Below the pieces are notes generated by a model. The model was not told the DNA's origin. It ran no database searches and saw only the letters and a program-made list of their open reading frames with translations. A program made the translations under genes and the position numbers. 64,000 bases of DNA from an uncultured Gemmatimonadales bacterium. Its GTDB lineage: Bacteria; Gemmatimonadota; Gemmatimonadetes; Longimicrobiales; RSA9. Of this stretch, positions 15,792 through 25,499 are shown piece by piece. How positions within the stretch are numbered: position 1 is the first letter of the stretch; each line of letters begins with the position of its first letter. The stretch is from positions 224,001 to 288,000 of the forward strand of contig CAWCRS010000009.1 in assembly GCA_963798085.1 (NCBI GenBank), written 5' to 3'.

Positions 15792-17816
15792 ATGCCATTG
15801 CGATCGCCGTTTCTCGTGCTGCTGCTGCTGGCGCCGTGCGTACCGCACGCACTCGCCGCGCAGGTGCCGCCACCTGTACGCCGGGACACCATGCATCAGC
15901 ACGGTGACTCGCTGTCCCGGCCCGTCGTGCCGCTGCGCGAAATCACCGTGGCCGCCACTCGCGCACGCCGCGACGAGCCCATGGGCGCGACGCAGGTCAC
16001 GCCGCTGGAGCTGCAGCGTACGCCCTCGATCGACACTTATGAGCTGCTGCGCCAGACTGCGGGCCTCGAGGTGCACGACCAGGGACAGGGCCCCGGCTTT
16101 GCCTCCGATGCTTCCCTGCGTGGCTTCAGCTCCGACCATTCCACCGACCTCGCGCTCTGGATCGACGGCGTGCCCATCAACGAGCCGGTGAACGGCCACG
16201 CCGAGGGCTACAACGACTGGAACCTGCTCTTCCCGGAGGCCGTGAGCAGCATTGACGTGATCAAGGGCCCGTCCAGTCCGCTCTATGGTAATTTCGCGTT
16301 AGCGGGCGCCGTCAACGTGCGTACCCTCGAGCGCATGCAGGGCAGCCGCGCCTGGCTCTCGGGCGGCGCATACGGCCGCGCCGAAGGCGGTCTCATGGCG
16401 GGTTTCGATCACGGCACGTCGGGCGGCGTGTTCGGGTTCCGTGGCCAGCGGGAGGACGGCTGGCGCCCCAACAGCCGCAATACGCTGGGCCAGGGCCATG
16501 CCCGTCTGGTGCAGGCGCTTTCCGCCAGCACCACGCTGGATGCCGGCCTCGAGCTGTACGGCGCCGGCTGGGACTCGCCCGGCTTCCTGACACTCGACCA
16601 GTTCAATGACAACCAGTTCGATCTCGTGTCCGATCCCACCGATGGCGGTTACAAGCGGCACGCGCAGGAGCGCGTCAGCCTGCGCACGCTGCTGCCCGAC
16701 GGTGTGCTGTGGCGCACGACGCTCTACGGCACGCAGGGTCGCTGGCAGCTGTTCCTCACCACGCCGCCCGAAGGCGGCGGCGAAGAGGGCACCGGCAGTC
16801 AGACCGAAGAAGAAGATCATCGCTACGGTTTCGGCCTGACCAGCGCGCTGACCACCGTGCGCGGTCGCGTGGAAGCCACGGCCGGTGTGGAAGGACGCTG
16901 GGATCACTCCGACTACGAGAACTGGCTGACCACGCACCGCGTGCGTGACGAAGCGCAGGCCGATGTGGTGGCGCACCAGGTTTCGGGTGCGGCGTTCGTC
17001 GAAAGCCTCATCGACGTGACCCGGCATTTCCGACTCACCGCCGGCGGCCGCTACGATGTGCTCGGCACGCGCTCCACGCCACAGGGCGCGACCGAAACGC
17101 TGAGTGACACGAAGGCCCTGCTCTCACCCAAGCTGGGTGCACTGCTGCACCTGCGCCACGGAGCCGAGCTCTACGTCAATGCTTCGCGCGGCTTCCGTCA
17201 GACGGATGGCGTGATCGACGACCCGACACTGCCGTTCATCACGGCGTGGGCGTACGAGAGCGGCCTGAAGCTGGACGCCGGCCGCGTAAGCGCCGATGTC
17301 GCCCTGTTCCGCATGGATGTGAGCAACGAGCAGACATTCGACCCGATAACACTTGCGTCGACGAGTGGCGGACGCAGCCGCCGGCAGGGTGTCGAGCTGG
17401 GACTGCGCGCCGATCTCTCCGATGCGCTGTCGCTGGATGGCGACTGGACCTTCAACGACGCGAAGTACCGCGAGCTGGTCACCGAAGACGGCGACACGCT
17501 TTCCGGCGCACGCGTCTTCAACACCGCCAAGTACGTCGGCTCGGCGGCGCTGCAGCTGGAGCCTCCCGCATCCATCTGGAACGTGCGCCTGGGCACAAAC
17601 GTGGTCGGGCCGTACACGCCGTTCGATGAGCCCGGCACCGTGGTCTCCGCCTACGGGCTGCTGCACGTGAGTGGGGGCGTACGCATCCAGCGCGCGCTGC
17701 TCGAACTGGGTGTGCGCAACATGCTGGATCACAAATACGCCGAGCTGCGCGCGGGTGGCTTCGTTTCGCCCGGACAGCCACGCTCCGTGTATGCCACGCT
17801 GCGGTACGCGTTCTAG
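15792..17816 (+). CDS. TonB-dependent receptor
   Basis: Signal peptide, EITVAATR TonB box, plug motifs LRGF..IDGVPIN..IDVIKGP..LYG, C-terminal PGQPRSVYATLRYAF. Confidence 0.93.
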   Translation: MPLRSPFLVLLLLAPCVPHALAAQVPPPVRRDTMHQHGDSLSRPVVPLREITVAATRARRDEPMGATQVTPLELQRTPSIDTYELLRQTAGLEVHDQGQGPGFASDASLRGFSSDHSTDLALWIDGVPINEPVNGHAEGYNDWNLLFPEAVSSIDVIKGPSSPLYGNFALAGAVNVRTLERMQGSRAWLSGGAYGRAEGGLMAGFDHGTSGGVFGFRGQREDGWRPNSRNTLGQGHARLVQALSASTTLDAGLELYGAGWDSPGFLTLDQFNDNQFDLVSDPTDGGYKRHAQERVSLRTLLPDGVLWRTTLYGTQGRWQLFLTTPPEGGGEEGTGSQTEEEDHRYGFGLTSALTTVRGRVEATAGVEGRWDHSDYENWLTTHRVRDEAQADVVAHQVSGAAFVESLIDVTRHFRLTAGGRYDVLGTRSTPQGATETLSDTKALLSPKLGALLHLRHGAELYVNASRGFRQTDGVIDDPTLPFITAWAYESGLKLDAGRVSADVALFRMDVSNEQTFDPITLASTSGGRSRRQGVELGLRADLSDALSLDGDWTFNDAKYRELVTEDGDTLSGARVFNTAKYVGSAALQLEPPASIWNVRLGTNVVGPYTPFDEPGTVVSAYGLLHVSGGVRIQRALLELGVRNMLDHKYAELRAGGFVSPGQPRSVYATLRYAF

Positions 17817-17935
17817 CAGTCCGTAACCGGAATTTCCGCTACGGTCGAGCGCCGCGACTGGCGCCCGCGCGCCACGGGGCCGCATATACAGGTGGAGACG
17901 GTCCACGGGCGGGTTCTCGACCATGCGGGGGCGCC

Positions 17936-19040
17936 ATGCGATTCAGCAGGTTGTTGTGCGGGGGGGCGGTACTGGCAGTGCTGGCGTGCAATCGCGTGCC
18001 TCGCCGTGACGGCAGAATCGAGCTGAACATCGGCTCGGGCGCGGGCGATGCGCCCGAGCGCATTGGCGAGGTATCAGGGCTCGCGCAGGACAGCGCGGGT
18101 CGCATTTGGATCGCCGAGCCGCTGGCCAGTGAAGTGCGGGTGTTCGGTCGCGACGGCGCTTTCCTGTTCGCCTTCGGCGGGCGAGGCGAGGCTCAGGGTC
18201 AGCTGGACACACCCTGCTGCATCAACTTCGACGCGCAGGGCCGGCTCTGGGTCCACGACGTGGGCAATGCCCGATACACGGTGTTTGCCCCGGGCGCATC
18301 CGGGGCGACACCGCTGTTCTCCGTTCCCAGCATCAAAGTCGATCGCACGTTCCGCGCACCCATCCGTTTCGATGCCCAGGGCCAGCTCATCGATGTGCGC
18401 CCCGGCGCAGCCACGGGCGGTGGTGGCTTCCTGCTCTTCCGCGTCGACACCACGGGCGCCACGCACGGCTTCACGCAGATCCCCGATGCACCCTCCGACA
18501 GCCTGGGCGTGATAACACTGCGCAACCGTGGCGACCTGGTCTTCATCCATCTGCCCTTCGGGCCTCATCTGCTCGTCGCCTACGCGCCCGACGGCGGCTT
18601 CGCCCGCGCCCTTTCGCAGTACTATCGCGTGGCCTGGTACGACGCGCGCGCCACATTCCTGCGCCGACTCGAGGAAAGCGGGCACGGACCCGTGCTGGAA
18701 CAGGATCAGCGCACCGAGGCGGCCCGTCAGATCACCGCCGATGCGCGTCAGTCCGGCATGGACCCCGCCGAGCTGGCCGCGGTCGTACCGCTGCGCAACC
18801 AGAATGCTGGCCGGCCTCTGGTTCGACCGCGCCGGCCAGTTGTGGGTCGAGCGCGTCGCACGCGTGGGCCAGCCCCGCCATGCCGACGTGTACGATCCGT
18901 CGGGTAACAAGGTGTTTACGGCAAGGTGGCCGAAGGAAGTGGATTTCTCGAAAGTGAACTGGATGGGCGCGGACTACGCACTCGGCATCATGCCTGACAC
19001 CACCGGCATCACGCACGTCGTGCGCGTCGTCTGGCATTGA
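17936..19040 (+). CDS. Second six-bladed beta-propeller lipoprotein, paralog of 5623..6774, frameshift near 18803
   Basis: VLAC lipobox; CCINFDAQGRLWVHDVGNARY; the C-terminus continues in ORF 18528..19040 (LAGLWFDRAGQLWV..VVRVVWH). Confidence 0.8.
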
Positions 19041-19187
19041 ACCCGCGGCGCACGAACCCGCGGGCTGATCCCCGCTGCCGTAGCGGCAGCAACAGCGGTC
19101 CCGGTTCCTGTCCGTTGCGTCGACAGCGCGCCATCAGGTGAAGTCGGCAGGCGACGCGCTGCCGACAGTGTGACGCCCGGCGCAGCC

Positions 19188-20627
19188 TCAGCGCAGGCCC
19201 ACGGTCCCGCGCACGGACGCGATCAGGCGCGCGGGGTCGTAGCCGGTGCCGTCCTTGAAGACGATCTCCACGTTCTCCACATCCGCAATGCGCGTGGCGG
19301 GATCACCGCGCACGACAATGAGGTCGGCGGCCTTGCCGACCGCAATGGAGCCGGTGTGGTCCTGCACGCCCAGGAACGTGGCGCCATTGAGCGTCGCCAC
19401 ACGCACGGCCTCCACGGGAGAGAGCCCCGCCTCGACCAGAAGTTCGACCTCGCGCTGATTCGAGAATCCGGCCACCACCCCGCCGTAGCCCGTGGGGTCC
19501 GTACCCGAAACCAGCAGACCGCCCGCGCGCACGTACGCGACCTCCATGTCCATCATGTTGCGGAAACGCCGTCGCGCCTCGCTCAATGTGTCCGGTGCAA
19601 TGCGCGAGAACTGGCGCAGATACTGGTCGCGCACATCGGGCAGCATCGCATCCAGCGCGCGATCCGGCGCGCGCGGCCGGCCGGGCACGGTGGTCTCGAA
19701 TATCGTGAGCGTCGACGTGATGGCGACGTGCGCGCGCACCAGGTCCTGGATCAGGCTGCGCGCCGCATCGCCCTGCGGGTCGAGTTGCGTGAGTGAGGCG
19801 CTGGCGCCGCCCGGACAGCGGTCCGGCTGCTTGTCCGTAACGAAATCCGTGCTGGCAAAGAAGCCGTGCTCCAGATTGTCGATCCCGATCGCCGCTGCCT
19901 CACGATACGTGACCGAACACAGATGCCCCGTCACTTTGAGTCCGCGGCGGTGCGCTTCTGCCACCACGGCGCGCAGCTCATCACGCGTGATGTGCATGTA
20001 CGCCTTGAACGACGTGAACCCCTCATCCGCCCAGTACGCCGTCATGCGCTGAGCGTCCGCCACATCGCGCAGTGCCTTCACTGCCGGTATGGGCAGGCCG
20101 GGGCCGTTCAGATAAGGCAATGTCAGGAACATCTTCGGTCCGGGTGTCGCGCCTTCATCGATCGACTTCTTGATGTTGACGTCGGCGTACGGCACCATGC
20201 TGCCGCCCGTGCGGATCGTCGTCGCGCCGCCCGCCAGGTACAGCCGCGGGAAACTGTAGCCCAGCTCGTTGTACATCGCATTGCCGGCCGGATAGAACAT
20301 GTGTTCGTGCAGCATGACAAAACCCGGCAGCACCGTGCGCCCCGCCAGATCAATGACTTCCGCGCCGGCCAGCGACGCACCTGCTGCATCGCCTGCGTAC
20401 ACGATCACGCCGTCCCGGATCACGATCGTCTGGTTCGCCTTCGCAGGAGAGCCCGTGCCATCAATGACCCGCACATTGGTGAGCGCGATCGTCGGCGCAC
20501 TCGTGCGCACGAACGCCTGCACCTGCGGCCCCAGCGTTCGCTGTCCCCGTACCGGCGCAGCCAGCCCCAGCCATACCACAGTGAGCAGACAGGTCTGCCA
20601 CAGCACGAATCGACAATGCACGCGCAT
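19188..20627 (-). CDS. Secreted amidohydrolase family protein
   Basis: VIDLAGRTVLPGFVMLHEH, FKAY, VTGHLC, LEHG, SGTD, GSIAVGKAADLIVVRGDP. Confidence 0.9.
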   Translation of the reverse strand: MRVHCRFVLWQTCLLTVVWLGLAAPVRGQRTLGPQVQAFVRTSAPTIALTNVRVIDGTGSPAKANQTIVIRDGVIVYAGDAAGASLAGAEVIDLAGRTVLPGFVMLHEHMFYPAGNAMYNELGYSFPRLYLAGGATTIRTGGSMVPYADVNIKKSIDEGATPGPKMFLTLPYLNGPGLPIPAVKALRDVADAQRMTAYWADEGFTSFKAYMHITRDELRAVVAEAHRRGLKVTGHLCSVTYREAAAIGIDNLEHGFFASTDFVTDKQPDRCPGGASASLTQLDPQGDAARSLIQDLVRAHVAITSTLTIFETTVPGRPRAPDRALDAMLPDVRDQYLRQFSRIAPDTLSEARRRFRNMMDMEVAYVRAGGLLVSGTDPTGYGGVVAGFSNQREVELLVEAGLSPVEAVRVATLNGATFLGVQDHTGSIAVGKAADLIVVRGDPATRIADVENVEIVFKDGTGYDPARLIASVRGTVGLR

Positions 20628-20908
20628 GGAGAATCCAGCCTCGTCTGATGGAAGAATGTCAGCGCAAGATAAAGCCGGCATCCGATCCGCACAGCAGGCG
20701 AGGGACACAACGCCTCCTGCGTTGCACCACTGCCAGCTGCTAGTGCCCGGTTATCAATCCGCGCAACGGAAAAGGGCCGGGACCCAACTCGTCCCAGCCC
20801 CCGGCCCCAGCCCGCCGTTCAGTCCGATCCCGGCCCCAGCCCGAGCCCCAGCCCGCCGTTCATCCGTTCCCGAGCAACCAGCCCCAGCAACGTCTTCCAG
20901 CAGTTCAA

Positions 20909-22408
20909 TCAATACCGCGGCACCGCAGGATCGACCTCGTCGGACCATGCGAGGATCCCGCCCTTGAGGTTCCAGAGCCGGCGGAAGCCCGCGTCACGCA
21001 GCTGGCGGAGTGCCTTGCCGCTGCGCGCGCCCGAGCGGCAGTACAGCACGATTTCGTCGGCGCTGCTCAGCTCGTTCATGTGCTCGGGCAACGTGCCAAG
21101 CGGGATCAGTCGTGCGCCATACAGTCCGAGATTGCCGATTTCCCATTCGTGCGGCTCCCGCACATCGACGAGGACCAGCGGCTCCTCTCTGTCGAGGCGC
21201 TGCTTCAGCGTCGTCGCCGTGATCTCCGGGATAGTCTTCTGCTCGGCCTCTTCCGCCGCGTGTGCCTGCGGGATGCCGCAGAACTCATCGTAGTCGATGA
21301 GGCCGGTGAGCGTGGGGTGCTCGCCGCAGATCGGGCAATTGGGATCCTTGCGCACCTTCAGCTCGCGGAACCGCATGGCCAGCGCATCGAACAGCAGCAG
21401 CCGGCCGATCATGGCGTTGCCGCGATCGATGATGAGCTTGATGCCCTCGAGCGCCTGCAGCGTACCGACGATGCCGGGCAGCACACCCAGCACGCCGCCC
21501 TCGGCGCAGCTGGGCACCAGTCCGGGCGGCGGCGGTTCGCGGAAGAGGCAGCGGTAGCACGGCCCCTCCTTCGCGTAGAATACGGAGAGCTGCCCCTCGA
21601 AGCGGAAAATCGAGCCGTAAACATTGGGTTTGCCCAGCAGCACACAGGCATCATTGACGAGGTACCGTGTGGGGAAATTGTCGGTGCCATCGATCACGAT
21701 ATCCCAGGGCTCGAGGATCTCCAGCGCATTGTCGCTGCGCAGCGGCGTCTCATGCCCGATCACATCAATGTGCGGATTGATGTCGAGCAGCCGGTCGCGC
21801 GCGGATGCGATCTTGGGCCGGCCCACATCCTTCGTGCCGTGCAGCACCTGGCGCTGCAGGTTGGTTTCGTCGACGACATCGAAGTCCACGATCCCAATGG
21901 TGCCCACACCCGCCGCGGCGAGGTAGAGACCCAGCGGCGAGCCCAGACCGCCCGCGCCCACGCACAGGACCTTCGCCGCCTTCAGCCGCTTCTGCCCCTC
22001 CATGCCCACTTCCGGCATGATCGAGATGGCGGCTGTAGCGGCGGATCTCCTCCGCCGACAATGCGACATCACCCGCGCGTGCCGCGAGCAATGCCGAGAG
22101 TAATGTCGCCTCTTCCAATGCGGTTCCCCCTGTTGCCCCGCCGGCAATGCTGGGCACAATGGTAATGGTGTCGCCCTCGTGGATGCGCGCAGCCGCGCCA
22201 CCCAGCGCGCGCGCGTCATCCTCGTTGATGTACGCGTTCACGAAATTGCGCAGACTGCCGCGCTCATCATAGAGGTGCGGCCGGAGCGATGGATGCTGCG
22301 TCACCAATGCTCCAGCGCCTCGCCCACCGTGGCCGCCGCAACACTGACCTCCTGTCCGCCGCCCGCGTACTGTTTCAGCGCCGCCGGTATCCGTATGGTC
22401 ACGCTCAT
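20909..22408 (-). CDS. moeB: MoaD/CysO-like ubiquitin-like domain fused to MoeB/E1 adenylyltransferase and rhodanese (MoeZ-like); frameshifts near 22305 and 22023
   Basis: MSVTIRIPAALK..IVPSIAGG continues in frame into RYSRHL; VGAGGLGSP, CYRC, CPIC; rhodanese YCRSGARS. Confidence 0.88.
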
Positions 22409-22430
22409 TCTGACCCCGCAGTCTCGTGTC

Positions 22431-22856
22431 TCAGTCCTCGACGTGCATGACTTCTTCTGCGAACGACGACCGGTCCTCCGCCATGCGCCAGGCTCTGGTC
22501 TCCGCCGGCTCACCCTGACGCACGCTGACGATCAGGTAGGTATACCACGGCCACGAGTGCTCGAGGTCGAAAGCCGAAGGCGATGCCGGATGGTCGGGGT
22601 GCGAGTGGTAGAAGCCCACGATCTCGAGGTCATCACGCGCGGCCGCGCGCTCGATCTGCAGCATGGCATCGGGGGGAATCAGGTAGCGCCGCTCGCGCTC
22701 ATCCGTGCGCGCGTTCGCCACACTCGCCACGCCCGCAATGCGGCGCATGGCGCCGTCCTGATCACGGCCCAGCAGCACGCCGCAGATCTCCTCGGGATAA
22801 CCGTCCCTTGCGGCCTCACGAATGACCGCGAGATGCAGCTGCTCAATGCGTATCAA
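22431..22856 (-). CDS. JAB/MPN (M67, Mec-like) metallopeptidase
   Basis: YPEEICG and GFYHSHPDHPASPSAFD JAMM motif. Confidence 0.93.
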   Translation of the reverse strand: MIRIEQLHLAVIREAARDGYPEEICGVLLGRDQDGAMRRIAGVASVANARTDERERRYLIPPDAMLQIERAAARDDLEIVGFYHSHPDHPASPSAFDLEHSWPWYTYLIVSVRQGEPAETRAWRMAEDRSSFAEEVMHVED

Positions 22857-22915
22857 TCCAGGCTCCCGTCGCTCAGGGTCTCAGCAAACCCGTATTCAGC
22901 AATCGGCCGGCCGCT

Positions 22916-23875
22916 TCATGCGCCCGGTCCGTTCTCGGCGCGCAGCCAGGCTTCCGAGAGGTAGCGCTCGCCCGAGTCCGGCAGCAGCGTGGCGATCACC
23001 GAATGCACCGGCGCTTCCGCGGCAACGCGCAGCGCGGCCACGACGTTGGCGCCGCCCGATACGCCCGCCAGCAGGCCCTCTTCGCGCGCCAGCCGACGGG
23101 CCATCCGCTGCGCATCCTCGGTCTCGATCTCCATCATCCGATCCGCCAGCGAAGGGTCGTAAATGCCCGGCACGATCGCCGTGGGCATGTGCTTCAGACC
23201 TTCCAGCCCGTGAAACGACGAAGCCGGCTGCACCGCGATGAGCACGATGTCATCACGGTACATGCGCAGCCGGCGGCCCGTCCCCACGAAGGTGCCGCTC
23301 GTACCCAGGCCGGCCACGAAATGCGTGATGCGACCGCGCGTCTGCTGCCACAGCTCGTAACCCGTGCCCTCGAAATGCGACTGCACGTTCGCCCGATTGT
23401 TGTACTGGTCCGCGTAGAAGTAGCGCTCCGGAAACTCTGCGGCACGCCGTCTTGCCTCACGGATGGCGCCGTCCGATCCGAATTCCGCCGGCGTGATCAC
23501 GAGCCGCGCGCCGTACGCCCGCAGCATCTGCTTGCGCTCCTCACTGGCTGTTGCCGGCAGGCAGATCTCGCAGCCGTAGCCGCGTTCCGCGCACAACATG
23601 GCGTATGCGATCCCGGTGTTACCCGAGCTGGCGTCGAGGAGTGTGCGACCGGCACGCAGCAATCCCTGCCGCTCGGCCGCACGCACGATCGCCAGCGCCG
23701 GCCTCGCCTTCACACTGCCGCCGGGATTCTGCCCTTCCAGCTTGACCAGCACGCGCGCACCACCCGCCGGAGCCAGGCGCTGCAGCGGCACCAGCGGTGT
23801 GTGGCCAATGGCCGCCTCCAGCCGGCCAGCGGGCTCATCCAGCTCGGAGATGACGACGTGGGGCATGGATGACAT
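22916..23875 (-). CDS. cysM: PLP-dependent cysteine synthase (CysM-like)
   Basis: KLEGQNPGGSVKAR, SSGNTG, GLGTSGT, GLEGLKHM, PDSGERYLS. Confidence 0.9.
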   Translation of the reverse strand: MSSMPHVVISELDEPAGRLEAAIGHTPLVPLQRLAPAGGARVLVKLEGQNPGGSVKARPALAIVRAAERQGLLRAGRTLLDASSGNTGIAYAMLCAERGYGCEICLPATASEERKQMLRAYGARLVITPAEFGSDGAIREARRRAAEFPERYFYADQYNNRANVQSHFEGTGYELWQQTRGRITHFVAGLGTSGTFVGTGRRLRMYRDDIVLIAVQPASSFHGLEGLKHMPTAIVPGIYDPSLADRMMEIETEDAQRMARRLAREEGLLAGVSGGANVVAALRVAAEAPVHSVIATLLPDSGERYLSEAWLRAENGPGA

Positions 23876-23890
23876 CGTCGCGTACTCCAG

Positions 23891-23935
23891 GAAAAAAGAA
23901 CGGCCGCGGGCTTCAGAATATCTGGCCCACGGCCG
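23891..23935 (-). terminator. Intrinsic terminator in the leader of the cysM operon (attenuator candidate)
   Basis: Minus strand CGGCCGTGGGC-CAGATATTCTGAA-GCCCGCGGCCG followed by TTCTTTTTT, ending about 15 nt before the cysM start. Confidence 0.8.
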
Positions 23936-24050
23936 CTGGGTTCGGAGAACCGACCGCCCCCTGAATGGGCGGCCTCAGCCGTCGGCCCCAGGGGCGCCGC
24001 ATCATGGCGCCCAGGCTCGAACAACAGCAGCTGCGACGGCAATCGTGCAT
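23913..24050 (-). CDS. Putative Cys-rich leader peptide (MHDCRRSCCCSSLG...)
   Basis: 4 Cys in the first 10 codons, three in tandem (TGC TGT TGT); upstream of a terminator and of cysteine synthase. Confidence 0.6.
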   Translation of the reverse strand: MHDCRRSCCCSSLGAMMRRPWGRRLRPPIQGAVGSPNPAAVGQIF

Positions 24051-24492
24051 CACGTTTTTCGGTCCCCGCCAGGTTTCACGAGCGGGCCCATCCGGCACCC
24101 GCTTCACAGCCCTTCAAACCCGCGCGCCGCGATTCCGGTTCCAGACCTTCGCCAGTGTCGGCAACACATCCTGCCGCCGCGTCGCTCGCCGCAGCACGAT
24201 CTCGCTCCCCGCGCGCGTCCGCTGATCGAGTTCGCTGGCCTCTGCACGTCGACAGGGTCAGCCGTACGGATTTGCTCACACCGGGGTCACAGGGGGACTG
24301 AGGGGCGCAGTTCGGGGCTGCGGCTGGCCGTCCGCGAGGGGCTTGGTGAGGCAGTTCGATTTTCCGCATCCCCGGCAACCCGCCGGGACGTGGAGCTGCA
24401 ATTCGAGGTGATGTCGGCCGGCGCGGCGCCCGCTAACTCAACGTTACAACCGCCGCCCGGCCATCCCTCTGCTCTCCGGGTGGACGGAGAGG

Positions 24493-25135
24493 TCAGGCGG
24501 TCTTGCGCTCGAACGCGGCGGCTTTCACCTCGCTGCGCGACAGGCCCTTCTGCTTGCGCCACGCCATCTCGTCGGTGTAGGCGTCAGCGAAGAACTGCGC
24601 CACCTCGTCGGCCGGTGTCGCGATCATGGGGGCAGTGGGCCGCTCCCGCGTGAACCGCAGGTGCAGCGCGGCGGGTGTCAGTCCGGGTGCACGCACCTTC
24701 GTGCGTCCCGGATGCTCGTCCAGTCCGCCGCCCATGCGGGCATTCGTCACCGTGAAGCTGGTGCCGTCCTGGTAGCGGCAGCAGAATGTCGCAGAACACG
24801 CCCGCCTGCGGATGCTCGTAGACCACCGCGATCGCCGCCTCATCCTCTTTCACGAGAAAGTGCAGGGGCAGGTTCTTCATCTCGGGTACGGTGAAGCTGC
24901 CCGCCGCCACGAAGCCTCGCCGCTGCAGGGATTCCACCGCCGACCTCGCCTCGGGCCTGGCGGGGGGGCCGCTGGCAGGATTCAGCGTGATCGCATCCGG
25001 CTGACTCGCCAGCGCCGCCTTGCCGATCGCATTCCCCGCCACCGCGACCACCAGCCTGTGGAACAGGTCCGGCCGCAGCTTGATGATGGCGTAGATGAGG
25101 CAGAGGATACCGATCCAGAGAAGATCGCGACTCAT
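24493..25135 (-). CDS. Hypothetical protein with an N-terminal membrane anchor, frameshift near 24785
   Basis: MSRDLLWIGILCLIYAII..; joins ORF 24493..24843 (CRYQDGTSFTVTN..AYTDEMAWRK). Confidence 0.65.
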
Positions 25136-25499
25136 GGCCGTTTCCGCGTCCGCAGCACGGGTCACCCGGGGAACGGGCGTATGGTCCCAGTATCGACAGC
25201 GCCCGGATACGGGGTGAATCGCGACTGGAACGCCCCCAGCCGCTTCACCATGCCTATCCGACTGCAATCGCCAGTCGAAAAACCGTTCTCGATCTCCGGC
25301 CAGCCCGACTCCCAGGGTCGTTCCCAGCAACCAGCCCGAGCCCCAGCCCAAGCGACGCCGTTGCAGTCCGCCTGCCCAACCCTCATGGAAAAACGCCTCA
25401 TTGCGATGCGCCCGACCGCGAGTCCAGATTCGGCGGTCGCCAACCAGTCGGGTGGCGATCCCGCAAGGAATCAACGCCTGGAAAGCGAGCGGAACCGCA

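Noticed and set aside
20909..22856. Ubl/E1/JAB genes as a CBASS- or Bil-type ubiquitin-like defence system
   Set aside because: No E2 or cyclase; the rhodanese domain and adjacent cysteine synthase point to a sulfur relay.
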